A stretch of DNA of 64,000 bases from a virus (IMGVR_UViG_3300044729_001198:32001-96000), one strand, 5' to 3'; counted from the first letter of the stretch, positions 32,271 through 41,595 are shown. Notes: generated by a model from the letters alone, not told the origin. A program made the numbers and translations.

Positions 32271-32567
32271 CTAATTCTTTCGATTCCTACGAGATAATCT
32301 CATGAATTTTTTCTCGTTTTGTTCGAACTCCATTTTATCAGGATGAGTTCTCATAATATTTTGGCTTGTACGAATTGTTTCGGCAGCCCAATGCCAAGCT
32401 GAAGCTACATTGTCTTGTGGTGGTATCATGAATTCTTCACCAATATAAGAACCCATTCCATCCGACACATAGAACTTACCATCGTTGGTTATTTTGGTTG
32501 TAGCATTTGGGTACTTATTCAGCACCTTCTTCTTCAGTCGAAGAAACTTCTTCTTGTCCACTTGCAT
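32271..32567 (-). CDS. Hypothetical basic protein
   Basis: ORF track. Confidence 0.55.
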   Translation of the reverse strand: MQVDKKKFLRLKKKVLNKYPNATTKITNDGKFYVSDGMGSYIGEEFMIPPQDNVASAWHWAAETIRTSQNIMRTHPDKMEFEQNEKKFMRLSRRNRKN

Positions 32568-32769
32568 TTTTTAATGTTTTTGTCAATCCTTTAATAATGT
32601 GATTTGGGCTAAGTTCTTTGTTTACCGAACAATTCTCAACAAGTTTACCATTCTCAAGAACTACTGAATAAATGATACCTCGTTTTAATCGGCTAATTTG
32701 AGTGATGGTGCCCACTCGGTGGACACCATTAACTCGAACTACAACTTGGTCTTTAACCGAGTAACTCAT
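32515..32769 (-). CDS. Hypothetical protein, SH3/KOW-like beta pattern
   Basis: VKDQVVVRV...VGTITQI...YSVVLENG. Confidence 0.5.
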   Translation of the reverse strand: MSYSVKDQVVVRVNGVHRVGTITQISRLKRGIIYSVVLENGKLVENCSVNKELSPNHIIKGLTKTLKNASGQEEVSSTEEEGAE

Positions 32770-32966
32770 GCAATTACCTTAACGATTTTTGTTTCAATAA
32801 CTGCGGTTACCTCGAATTCAAGATTTGAACCTTGGAATTCTTCAACCACCTTAACTTCAGCGTCCGTAACCGATACCGCATCTACGAGGTATTGTTCAGT
32901 TACTTTTTTAACACGTCCTTTGTCATCTTCATGATGAACTTTCACTTTTGCGATGTAATAAGCCAT
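32766..32966 (-). CDS. DUF4494-like protein (Bacteroidota family)
   Basis: KVK...KGRVKKVTEQYLVDAVSVTDAEVKVVE matches the recalled family pattern. Confidence 0.75.
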   Translation of the reverse strand: MAYYIAKVKVHHEDDKGRVKKVTEQYLVDAVSVTDAEVKVVEEFQGSNLEFEVTAVIETKIVKVIA

Positions 32967-33007
32967 AATTTATTTGTTTTTATTTGGTTTTAATAATTAG
33001 TGTTGGG

Positions 33008-33370
33008 TTAAAAAAATTTATTATCCGAACCATCACCCAACATACTTTTGATGATATCTGATATAGCCTTACCTTCTTCAGTAGCCCTATAACCAAGCTG
33101 ACCATTTTCGTCAATATGCATTTGAATCAATCCATGGTCGGACAAGTAGTCTACGATAGTATTGAATTGCCAGTCTCTATAGTCATTTAAGCAATCCAAT
33201 AATATAATGGTTAATCGTGTATTTTCATTTGCGTCATATAATCGTTGTTCTAAAAACTCAAGGAACTTAAATCGGTCATCGATTTGATTTAGTTTGTAAA
33301 AGTTTTCGTTCTCCAATAAAAGAACTACCTTTGCTACCATTTCTTGAAACTCATCTGGCTCCCAACTCAT
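33008..33370 (-). CDS. Hypothetical protein
   Basis: ORF track. Confidence 0.55.
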   Translation of the reverse strand: MSWEPDEFQEMVAKVVLLLENENFYKLNQIDDRFKFLEFLEQRLYDANENTRLTIILLDCLNDYRDWQFNTIVDYLSDHGLIQMHIDENGQLGYRATEEGKAISDIIKSMLGDGSDNKFF

Positions 33371-33536
33371 GTTCTTCTTTTTTTAGTTGTTCAAGAAACC
33401 TAATAGATTCTACACTACCAATCAAAGCATCAGCCGATGCAAATCGTTTTAAGACATATTCAGACCCATAGTCATAAACCATTTGTTGTAGAATATCAAT
33501 TGTTGGAACTATCTTTTTATTAAATCCCATCTTCAT
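33351..33536 (-). CDS. Hypothetical protein
   Basis: ORF track; overlaps neighbours. Confidence 0.5.
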   Translation of the reverse strand: MKMGFNKKIVPTIDILQQMVYDYGSEYVLKRFASADALIGSVESIRFLEQLKKEEHELGAR

Positions 33537-33819
33537 TTGATTTTAAACGTTCAGCCATCATTCGATTTGATTCTTGTCTATATTCTTTAGCCATCTTATT
33601 TAGATTCTTATGATGGTCATCCGTAATTTTAGAACCACGGTTTGCAGCATCAATATAAGCGTATCTTTTTAAATAGTAACCGGGAAGAGGTGCTGAGAAT
33701 TGTTTAAGATATTCAGCCTTTCCATCAAGGTATTCCATCAAAGCGTCATCTGATAACGACTCCAACTGATGGTCACTCAATTCATTTTTAGGGTCATATT
33801 TCATATTACAAATATACAA
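33520..33819 (-). CDS. Hypothetical protein (likely start MKYDP at 33804)
   Basis: The track start overlaps the -7 promoter element at 33809-33816. Confidence 0.55.
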   Translation of the reverse strand: MYICNMKYDPKNELSDHQLESLSDDALMEYLDGKAEYLKQFSAPLPGYYLKRYAYIDAANRGSKITDDHHKNLNKMAKEYRQESNRMMAERLKSNEDGI

Positions 33820-33834
33820 AATTAATTTGATATA

Positions 33835-34125
33835 TCAAAATGGTATTTTTGTTGATGAAGCGTAAGATTCACCTTCTACAATTTCAAATCTGAAATCGTT
33901 TTCATTTTTCCAAATGGTAATACGAAATCCATCACCAGTTCCTACCGCCTGACACCATCCCTTGTAATCAGGTTTTGGTCCGGCTGTTCCTGGAAGATTC
34001 TCATTGTAATGTGCTCTGAACCTACCATGGGCTCGTAGCTTACCAATAACGTTAGATTCTCCATAGTTTTGAACATGAGATTCTCGTAACTTATTTAATT
34101 CTTCTTTATCTTTTAATCTTGACAT
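33835..34125 (-). CDS. Hypothetical protein
   Basis: ORF track. Confidence 0.55.
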   Translation of the reverse strand: MSRLKDKEELNKLRESHVQNYGESNVIGKLRAHGRFRAHYNENLPGTAGPKPDYKGWCQAVGTGDGFRITIWKNENDFRFEIVEGESYASSTKIPF

Positions 34126-34136
34126 ATACTTAAAAA

Positions 34137-34568
34137 TTAAACACCCATACCACGTCTACGCATCAATTCTTGACAGTAAAAATCATATAGGTCTTCCAAC
34201 TCCATAGGTTCTTCATTCATCATTTCATCCCACAAATCAAAACCAAACGTTTCTATTAGTTTAGTTCGTAATTGGTGCAACATCATCACTTCATTCTTAT
34301 GCGCTTCCTCAAACAACTTTAAAGCCCGAACACGAAGCATTCTACCAGCATCATATGCGCTTTGTAAGCGATTTGATTCATCATTACCACCATATGATTC
34401 ATATGCTAAATTGAAACGGATAGAGGCCTGACGTTGAGCCTCTTCCGCTTCGGTGTAATAATGAGAGTAGTTAAAGTCACCGTTGATGATTTTGTCATAC
34501 AAGTCTGCTGTTTCGGGAAGCATCTTGCGTTTTCCTTTTGTCCACCAACGATATTTGTTATACGCCAT
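34137..34568 (-). CDS. Hypothetical protein
   Basis: ORF track. Confidence 0.6.
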   Translation of the reverse strand: MAYNKYRWWTKGKRKMLPETADLYDKIINGDFNYSHYYTEAEEAQRQASIRFNLAYESYGGNDESNRLQSAYDAGRMLRVRALKLFEEAHKNEVMMLHQLRTKLIETFGFDLWDEMMNEEPMELEDLYDFYCQELMRRRGMGV

Positions 34569-34587
34569 AATTTCTTTTATTTTTTTG

Positions 34588-34660
34588 TGGACCTGGTAGG
34601 ATTTGAACCTACGACCAACTGATTATGAGTCAGCTGCTCTGACCGCTGAGCTACAGGTCC
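34588..34660 (-). tRNA. tRNA-Ile2 (CAT, lysidine type)
   Basis: GGACCTG/CAGGTCC stem, GACTCATAATC anticodon arm as in bacterial Ile2, TTCAAAT T-loop; CCA not encoded. Confidence 0.85.
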
Positions 34661-34678
34661 TTGAGTCATAACCCTTAA

Positions 34679-35953
34679 TTAGAATGGGTTAGACAAGTCC
34701 ATGTTAGGGTCGGTATTGAAGAGGTCTTCATTGACGTTCTGATTGATGAACTTTTGAACGAATTGTTTCATGTAAACTCGTTCTGACTGAGCACCACCAG
34801 CATTCTCAAAGAATGGGTAGATGGTAATTTCTGCAGCTTCTTGAAGAGAGAATCCATCGTAAAGAAGAGACCCCATCTCAACAGCAGCCCGTGTAGAAAG
34901 TGAGTTAGACAATTTCGGAGATTCTGACATCACCTCTGAACGAGTCATCGAAGTGATTTCTGCGATAGCCTCGATGTCGCCTTTGTGAACCGATGGGTAC
35001 ATCATCTGAAGAAGTTCAGATTCTTGTTCTTTGGTCAAGGTATCCATTTCAATGACAGTGAATCGGTCAAGGATGGCGCGGTCAAGCATTCGAGTGGCGG
35101 TGTACTCATTACCGATGTTAGCGGAAGCGATAAATGAAACACCCTCGGCGACCTTAACAACTGGTGAATCAGCAGCCTCGTCAAGACGTAAGTATCGTTG
35201 ACCTTGGTCAAGGACAGTCATCAAGATGTTCCAAGCCTCTGGATGAGCACGAGTAATCTCGTCAAGAACCACAACCGTGTTAGGGGTCTGAATGGCCTTA
35301 ACAAACGGAGATGGGTTAAAGACAGTACCTTTGGCCGCCTCAAATTGAGTATTACCAATCAAGGTACTTCGTGGGTCTTGAGTAGCACCCAAGTTGATAA
35401 TGAATGTGTTGTAACCCTCAAGGGAGTTAGCAGCAGCCTTAGCCGCCATGGTCTTACCACAACCAGCAGGACCGGTCATCATGATGTTCTTACCACGGAT
35501 AATGTTACGAAGTAGATACTTCCACTTCAAAGATTCCATAAACAACATTTTAGGTTTCAATTCACTAGCTTCATTGTGAATAAAGTTCATAACATCCGAA
35601 GCAATCGGAGCGGAGACTACATTAGGTTTTCCTTCGACAGGCATAAATTTAAATTGTTCTAAACCACCATTTGGTTTAGAGAAGTTCATAACGGGCTCAG
35701 CCCCATTGATTTTTTCAGCAGGCACTCGACCATAAGCAAGTTCACCACTTGTAAGATTACCTACGACACGGATTTTGAAACCGAATCGGTCAGGGTGTTT
35801 AGCAGCACCACGAGCACGTTTATAAAGGGATGTCCCAACCTCATTCAGAGCGGGCACGTTAAAAAGATTACCGGCGCTGTCTTGAAACAACAACACACCA
35901 TTCAACTCGACAATTTTTCCGAAAACTTGTTTTTGATTTTTCATAACTCTCAT
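34679..35953 (-). CDS. MoxR/CobS-like AAA+ ATPase (likely start 35944)
   Basis: Walker A GPAGCGKT, Walker B LDEITRA, ASANIGNEY, AILDRF. Confidence 0.9.
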   Translation of the reverse strand: MRVMKNQKQVFGKIVELNGVLLFQDSAGNLFNVPALNEVGTSLYKRARGAAKHPDRFGFKIRVVGNLTSGELAYGRVPAEKINGAEPVMNFSKPNGGLEQFKFMPVEGKPNVVSAPIASDVMNFIHNEASELKPKMLFMESLKWKYLLRNIIRGKNIMMTGPAGCGKTMAAKAAANSLEGYNTFIINLGATQDPRSTLIGNTQFEAAKGTVFNPSPFVKAIQTPNTVVVLDEITRAHPEAWNILMTVLDQGQRYLRLDEAADSPVVKVAEGVSFIASANIGNEYTATRMLDRAILDRFTVIEMDTLTKEQESELLQMMYPSVHKGDIEAIAEITSMTRSEVMSESPKLSNSLSTRAAVEMGSLLYDGFSLQEAAEITIYPFFENAGGAQSERVYMKQFVQKFINQNVNEDLFNTDPNMDLSNPF

Positions 35954-36018
35954 TTTTTATTACAGTGTAAAGATAACATATTTATTTGACATTTCCAAGC
36001 AAATCTTGAAAAAAGTTA

Positions 36019-36219
36019 TTAACATTTTTTATTTTTTTCGAAGGCGGACAACATACCAACACCACCACCCATACTCATCATTACGGCCATAGCCATCTCA
36101 TTTAAGGGGTCAGCGAAGTAAACGTATTCTTGAACTTTACCAGCCATCAGACCATACATAAGGCCAAAACACACAAGGCCAAAAACGAAGGGGATTAAAT
36201 TAACTTTCATATCTCTCAT
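36019..36219 (-). CDS. Small two-TM membrane protein
   Basis: Two hydrophobic helices; own promoter cassette. Confidence 0.6.
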   Translation of the reverse strand: MRDMKVNLIPFVFGLVCFGLMYGLMAGKVQEYVYFADPLNEMAMAVMMSMGGGVGMLSAFEKNKKC

Positions 36220-36282
36220 TGATTACAGAGTAAAGGTAATACTAATTGGGGACTTAAACAAGCCCCCAATGTTATTAAATTG

Positions 36283-38424
36283 TTAAATGTTAACTTGGAA
36301 TTTTTCATTCAATGTTTTAGCAAGTTCTGATACTTGAGTCACGTTGATGAATGCGGCGTCCTTACCATACATCTTGCGGAATTGTTCACCACCACTCTGG
36401 CCGTAGCTATCCGTGATAAAGTAAGAAAGTACATTCACACCATACGAACGAATTTTCTTAACTTGGTCTGCGGTGTGGTTGACCGCTTGGTCACCACAGT
36501 AGTTGATGTCCGAGTTATCGAAACCGGGGTAACCATCGGAGAAGTTAATAAAGTAGGTATCAGTACCTTTCTTTACTTGAGTCAATTGTTTCATGATTGC
36601 CTCAAAACACAAACCCTCTGGTGTAGTACCATCGTACACAATGTGTTTAAAGAGTTGTTGAATCTTTGAAAACTTATCCTTACGACTATCATAAGCAATC
36701 AGAACCAATGGTTGGTATTTACCATTTCGGTTGTTGTGGATGGCGCGGTAAGAAATCACAACATCCATGTTTTGAGTCATTGAAGCAGCCTTAGCGATTG
36801 CGACAGCGGCAACTTGAGTATTGTCCCATTTAGAACCACCCATAGACGAACTTGCGTCAATTGTGATGTGAAGTAAAGCGGGATTGACTTGGGTGGCCAT
36901 GGTACGTTCGAAGATGTCAAAGTTACCAAACCCAATCTCATGAATCATACGACCACTCAAACGACCTGATTTCATTCGTGGAGTAACCAGTGAACGTTCT
37001 TCGTTACGAGTCTTGAGCTTTTTACCAAGTAGAGTACCCAAAGCAATACCTTTCTTAACATTCTCATCACCACGATTGACGTAGTGAGAATAATTGGTCA
37101 ACATACCAACCAAGTTGGACTCAATGAGATTCTTGGTCAAGTTGTTGATAATGTAAGTTTCAGTACCACCTGACTTTTGATTACCATACCAACCTTGTTG
37201 AAGATTCTTACCAGTAACTTCAGTCTGAATGTCAGCCTTATCAAGTGATTCGACTTTTTTAGAATCCGATTTACTTAACTTGGTTTTCTTAACCTCACCC
37301 TCTTGGAACTCTTTTTGTTTCTCGATAGCCTTTTTAAGTTGGTCAAGTTGTTTTTGAGTAAGACCATCCAAGTTACCACCAGCCCCATTTGAGTTAGAAC
37401 CGCCGGTAGGACTACCTTTCTCATTTGAGTCGGAGTTACCATTAGCTTCAGAGTCAGACTCCGAGTTAGATTTCATCGACTCACCACCACCACTAGCAGT
37501 CATACCTTGTGACTGGTTGGTAGCAGACTCTTCCATATCACCACTCATTGGTGAATTACCATTCTCACCCCCACCATTCTCACCAGACTCACCCGAGCCA
37601 GAGGATTGTTGTTGTGACTGACGAGTTGGAATGTTTTTTTCGATAATCATAAAAATCTCACCAGCAACCTCAAGAGCATCCCATGAATTTTTCAATCGAG
37701 AAATGTTACGAAGGTCAAGAACATTCCAAATCTCACGAAGACCATTCAAAGCATCAAGGTCACGATTTGAGTTTGTTAAGTTGATAATTCGGAACATATA
37801 AGAACCCCAATCTTCAGAACGATACTCTGATGATTGAAGACCTTTATCGATGATTGGAGCGTGGAAGTATTTGTCATACATTGACTGATAGTAACCACGA
37901 TAACCAGGAGCGGTGGTGAAGATAAAGTTGTCAATCCGGCGGTCCTCAACATAGTTAAGTAAGGACTTGAGATTCTCAATAGCGTAATGTGACACCCACG
38001 ATTGACTATCGAACCCATACTTTTGTTTAAGGAACTCGATATCAATTGATTGGGGAAGGTAGTTGTCACGAACCATAGCTTTAAGCGTCATAAAGTCCGT
38101 GAGTTTAATGTGAGAACCCTCGTGTAGAGCAAGACCCACAGTAGGGTCAAAGTCATCACCATCCATCTTAGCGGAGATAACAACCGACTTACCATCGGTG
38201 TAGGAATCACCACCCTTGTCATCAAAATGAACTGGAATCGATTGGCCAGTAACAATAGAAACGAAGTTAGAAATCGAACGTTTGTACGATACTAACTTCA
38301 TGATATCAGACGATTTACGTTCGATAGCATTTTTATCGTTGACTGAATAATCATCTTCGAACAACGATTTGTCCATCCAAAAGGATGAATAACTTGAATA
38401 CTTATTTTTCTTCATAACTCTCAT
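36283..38424 (-). CDS. CobT-like VWA protein with N-terminal HExxH domain
   Basis: YTDG...LHEGSH...NYVEDRRID; S/G/N/E-rich linker; MIDAS IDASSSM, TPEG, FSDG. Confidence 0.85.
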   Translation of the reverse strand: MRVMKKNKYSSYSSFWMDKSLFEDDYSVNDKNAIERKSSDIMKLVSYKRSISNFVSIVTGQSIPVHFDDKGGDSYTDGKSVVISAKMDGDDFDPTVGLALHEGSHIKLTDFMTLKAMVRDNYLPQSIDIEFLKQKYGFDSQSWVSHYAIENLKSLLNYVEDRRIDNFIFTTAPGYRGYYQSMYDKYFHAPIIDKGLQSSEYRSEDWGSYMFRIINLTNSNRDLDALNGLREIWNVLDLRNISRLKNSWDALEVAGEIFMIIEKNIPTRQSQQQSSGSGESGENGGGENGNSPMSGDMEESATNQSQGMTASGGGESMKSNSESDSEANGNSDSNEKGSPTGGSNSNGAGGNLDGLTQKQLDQLKKAIEKQKEFQEGEVKKTKLSKSDSKKVESLDKADIQTEVTGKNLQQGWYGNQKSGGTETYIINNLTKNLIESNLVGMLTNYSHYVNRGDENVKKGIALGTLLGKKLKTRNEERSLVTPRMKSGRLSGRMIHEIGFGNFDIFERTMATQVNPALLHITIDASSSMGGSKWDNTQVAAVAIAKAASMTQNMDVVISYRAIHNNRNGKYQPLVLIAYDSRKDKFSKIQQLFKHIVYDGTTPEGLCFEAIMKQLTQVKKGTDTYFINFSDGYPGFDNSDINYCGDQAVNHTADQVKKIRSYGVNVLSYFITDSYGQSGGEQFRKMYGKDAAFINVTQVSELAKTLNEKFQVNI

Positions 38425-38472
38425 TTACAGTGTAAAGATAATAAAAATAGTTGACAATACCAAATCCCAATG

Positions 38473-38640
38473 TTAAGAAATTGTTAAATCTTTTTTGTGT
38501 TTCTCCTTACGAGTATAAGATTTTTTACTGGTTTGGGTTTGTTGTGTGGTCTTTTTTGAGATATGGTGAGCAGCTTCACCACGAGACCAACCACCATTGA
38601 AGTCCAATGGTTCTTGATATGTTTTGTTTTTCTTGCTCAT
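38473..38640 (-). CDS. 55-aa basic protein with ArfA-like KSYTRKEKHK motif (not in track)
   Basis: Manual translation MSKKNKTYQEPLDFNGGWSRGEAAHHISKKTTQQTQTSKKSYTRKEKHKKDLTIS; promoter upstream. Confidence 0.6.
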   Translation of the reverse strand: MSKKNKTYQEPLDFNGGWSRGEAAHHISKKTTQQTQTSKKSYTRKEKHKKDLTIS

Positions 38641-38736
38641 TTTAACTCTCCTCTCAAATACATAACAAAGATAATAAAAAAAGGGGACTTAAACAAGCCC
38701 CCTTTGTTAAATTTTTGTTAAGTTATCAACATCCTA

Positions 38737-39582
38737 TTAACGATGTGTTAGCATCTTTTTTGTAGAACCATCGCTATAAACATAAATAATGATTTCATTT
38801 TCTCGAGCATAGTTAAGAGGTCTACCCAACATATCATACATAGCAACTAACTTTGGCTCGGGTCTTGATAAATTAAATACGTTTGATGTTGGGTTTGATT
38901 TACAAACATCCAAACGTCTAAACATAAAGGTATCTTGTCGTAAACATTTGTTCCACCATTGAGCATACATCAATACACGACCGGTGTCTTTAAATGTTAA
39001 ATCAGCAATCCGTGTTTGAGTATAACCTAAAAAGTCAGCGTCAGGAAAATCATACTCCATACCGATTTGGTAATCAGTTAGGTTATCCCATTCTTTTTGA
39101 GACATAGTATCCATCCAAGGACCTTTATAAAATACCATATAGTATTCCATACAAGTATCTTTCAATGGTATACCCTTAATATACGTCATCTCAAATTTAT
39201 ACTTTTTACAATCAGCCATGTTTACAGAATACCCAACACCTGCTCCGGGAAACTGAACAATATTAACTTCACGATATAAAGCAGTATCACATTTCTCACA
39301 TTTATTCCTAACTTTCAAATACAATTTGTATTTACCTTTGACGTTGAATTGTACTTCAACTATACCACGAATATCTTGAATTGTATCGGTTTTTTTGGTT
39401 TGGAAATCATACACCATAAATGTGTAATCAACACAACTATCATCGAGTATCTGACCACTCACATACCACTTGTAATAATTGCGCTCATTCCATTGTTGGA
39501 GTTTTAGTGAACTCCAATCACATTTTGCACTCGCTGTTGCTAAGGAGACCAAAAGCATTAACAGCATTACTATACGTTTCAT
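38737..39582 (-). CDS. Secreted Cys-rich PKD-like repeat protein with T9SS-type C-terminal domain
   Basis: Sec signal MKRIVMLLMLLVSLATASA; two F..GxY..WNKC..DT repeats; C-terminus YDMLGRP...IIYVYSDGSTKK. Confidence 0.7.
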   Translation of the reverse strand: MKRIVMLLMLLVSLATASAKCDWSSLKLQQWNERNYYKWYVSGQILDDSCVDYTFMVYDFQTKKTDTIQDIRGIVEVQFNVKGKYKLYLKVRNKCEKCDTALYREVNIVQFPGAGVGYSVNMADCKKYKFEMTYIKGIPLKDTCMEYYMVFYKGPWMDTMSQKEWDNLTDYQIGMEYDFPDADFLGYTQTRIADLTFKDTGRVLMYAQWWNKCLRQDTFMFRRLDVCKSNPTSNVFNLSRPEPKLVAMYDMLGRPLNYARENEIIIYVYSDGSTKKMLTHR

Positions 39583-39583
39583 A

Positions 39584-39790
39584 TTATTTTTCTAATCCAA
39601 ACTTGATATATTTGTACCAAGCTCTTTCGTGTAGATAGTATAAGACCATCTTGGTAATCACCTCGAACCCACCTATTGCAAGTCCAAGTTTTAAATCACC
39701 AGTTATTATCCACCCAAGAATCATTGTATCAATAGTTCCAACGATTCTCCAAGTTATTGTCTTTGCAATATGTCTTTTATAACTTACCAT
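39584..39790 (-). CDS. DUF2061 membrane protein
   Basis: RHIAKTITWRIVGT...KMVLYYLHERAW. Confidence 0.85.
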   Translation of the reverse strand: MVSYKRHIAKTITWRIVGTIDTMILGWIITGDLKLGLAIGGFEVITKMVLYYLHERAWYKYIKFGLEK

Positions 39791-40127
39791 CCTTACGAAG
39801 TTCTTCTCTTATCTTTGTAGCTGATATTTCCGATATATCCGTTGGTGGTATGTGTTCAATTACGTTATATCCAACCCCACGTCCATAGTTAACGGACTCA
39901 ATATCTGGAATAATCATGAGTTTAATTTTACCTTGTTTAATCAGGTCATAATGAACTTTAGATAAGTTCTTATAAACTTGTTCAGCAGTCCATGGATTAC
40001 TATCATCCGGCTGTACGTCTCTAATACACAATAAAACTCGACTACCTTGATTGAGTTTTTGGTCAATCAACCATTGGTGACCATCGTGCCACGGCTGCCA
40101 CCTACCTATAAACATTGCGTATTTCAT
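39777..40127 (-). CDS. HxGH-class nucleotidyltransferase (cytidylyltransferase/NMNAT-like)
   Basis: FIGRWQPWHDGH, ISATKIR; ATGA overlap with cysC gives start 40127. Confidence 0.85.
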   Translation of the reverse strand: MKYAMFIGRWQPWHDGHQWLIDQKLNQGSRVLLCIRDVQPDDSNPWTAEQVYKNLSKVHYDLIKQGKIKLMIIPDIESVNYGRGVGYNVIEHIPPTDISEISATKIREELRKDGKL

Positions 40128-40555
40128 ATATAATCTTTTACATCCAATAAACACTCTATTGGGGATTTGTTTGTGGTATCAATCGAGACATCATCTTCAT
40201 CAATTTCTATTTCGGTAAAATACATTTCACGCCCACGAATTTCGGTGGTATGAACAAAAAAGTATTGACATCTACACATACTCTTCAATTCATTACGAAC
40301 GTCTTTATATGGTGCTACTAAAGACACAATTACATCATACCCCATGTGGTCGAGGTAACGAGTTATATTTGTAGCAGTTCGTATATTGTCCACTCTGCCA
40401 TTTGGTGTATAATTAGCATTACCCAATATCAATCGTAGGGTATCACCATCCACCTGAAAAACTTGTCGATGTAAATTAAATTGTAAATGTTCTGATAATG
40501 TTTTTGCTAAAGTTGTCTTGCCGCTTCCCGGCTGACCATAAAACCAATATACCAT
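40124..40555 (-). CDS. cysC: Adenylyl-sulfate (APS) kinase-like
   Basis: WFYGQPGSGKTTLA, DGDTLR, VSLVAPYKDVR; short form. Confidence 0.8.
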   Translation of the reverse strand: MVYWFYGQPGSGKTTLAKTLSEHLQFNLHRQVFQVDGDTLRLILGNANYTPNGRVDNIRTATNITRYLDHMGYDVIVSLVAPYKDVRNELKSMCRCQYFFVHTTEIRGREMYFTEIEIDEDDVSIDTTNKSPIECLLDVKDYI

Positions 40556-40935
40556 TATTTAACCCATTCGTGATACGCCTGTTGATATGCTGTAACTCTA
40601 TCAAGTTTTGGGTCTTGGTCCATTAAGGATTTAGCCCAACTTAATACCTCTTCTCGTAGACCATACGAGTTAGCCTCAATAAGGATTTCCTCTATAATTT
40701 CTTCGTTCGTTATTGACATTTCTCTTTCATATACAATTTCTAATGACTCCAATTGACAATCACCAAATGACTGACCCGTAGTTGTGTAATACACATAATC
40801 ATCAGCCATTGGGAAATATTCTACTTCGTCAATTTGATGAATTTCTTTTTTACCAATGACATTCACAAATTGTAATTCCGTAAATAGTTGTTTCTTCATA
40901 TATTCAGAATAATAGGAGTGTAAGGGAAACCTCAA
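40555..40935 (-). CDS. Hypothetical protein
   Basis: ORF track; start uncertain. Confidence 0.55.
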   Translation of the reverse strand: MRFPLHSYYSEYMKKQLFTELQFVNVIGKKEIHQIDEVEYFPMADDYVYYTTTGQSFGDCQLESLEIVYEREMSITNEEIIEEILIEANSYGLREEVLSWAKSLMDQDPKLDRVTAYQQAYHEWVK

Positions 40936-41104
40936 TCAGGGGTTTGTTTTACGGTTCAAAGAGTTTTGATATTTGACAATTGATTTGTGAACACTTAAAT
41001 CTTGAATTTTGAATTCAATATCAATATCGAATATCTGCTTATATGGCGTAGTAGAAAGTAAAAAATAACTTAACTTCGGCCTCCCTTTACATCTCCAAGG
41101 TTAT

Positions 41105-41536
41105 TTAGATGTGGTGTGTATTATTCCAAACATCCAACTCATTCTGAAGAGTTTCAATTTTAGCTTCAAGTTCTGAAACTTTAGTGTCGAGGGTAACTAC
41201 ATCCATTTCAACTACCATCATAGTAGGTGGAGCATCTGACCATCGGTGAGCAACCATTCCCTCATCGGAAGAAATAGCACGGTACTTCTTGATTAGATTT
41301 TTAAGTTCAGAGATTTCAAAAATCTTCGAATACACTGGAGCATTAGCAAGGTGAATTTTAGTTTTCAACTCAACTAACTCATGAGTTAATTTCTCCATAC
41401 CTTCAGCAGCAGCCTTGGCCGAATACCTACGAACTGAATCAGCTGCCATAGAATTATACTTCATGGCGATTACGGCTTGTTTATCAATTTCAGATACAAG
41501 CTTGTTTTTACGTTTTAGAGCTTCATTAATTGTCAT
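41105..41536 (-). CDS. DIP1984-like coiled-coil protein
   Basis: MTINEALKRKNKL...LVELKTKIHLAN...IETLQNELDVWN resembles the recalled family. Confidence 0.6.
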   Translation of the reverse strand: MTINEALKRKNKLVSEIDKQAVIAMKYNSMAADSVRRYSAKAAAEGMEKLTHELVELKTKIHLANAPVYSKIFEISELKNLIKKYRAISSDEGMVAHRWSDAPPTMMVVEMDVVTLDTKVSELEAKIETLQNELDVWNNTHHI

Positions 41537-41595
41537 AACTTTTTATTTTTGATAATACAAATATACGAAATAATTTTCAAATAAACAAATTTTTA

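Noticed and set aside
37380-37620. Low-complexity S/G/N/E tract in the VWA gene as a repeat element
   Set aside because: An in-frame disordered linker, normal for CobT-like proteins.
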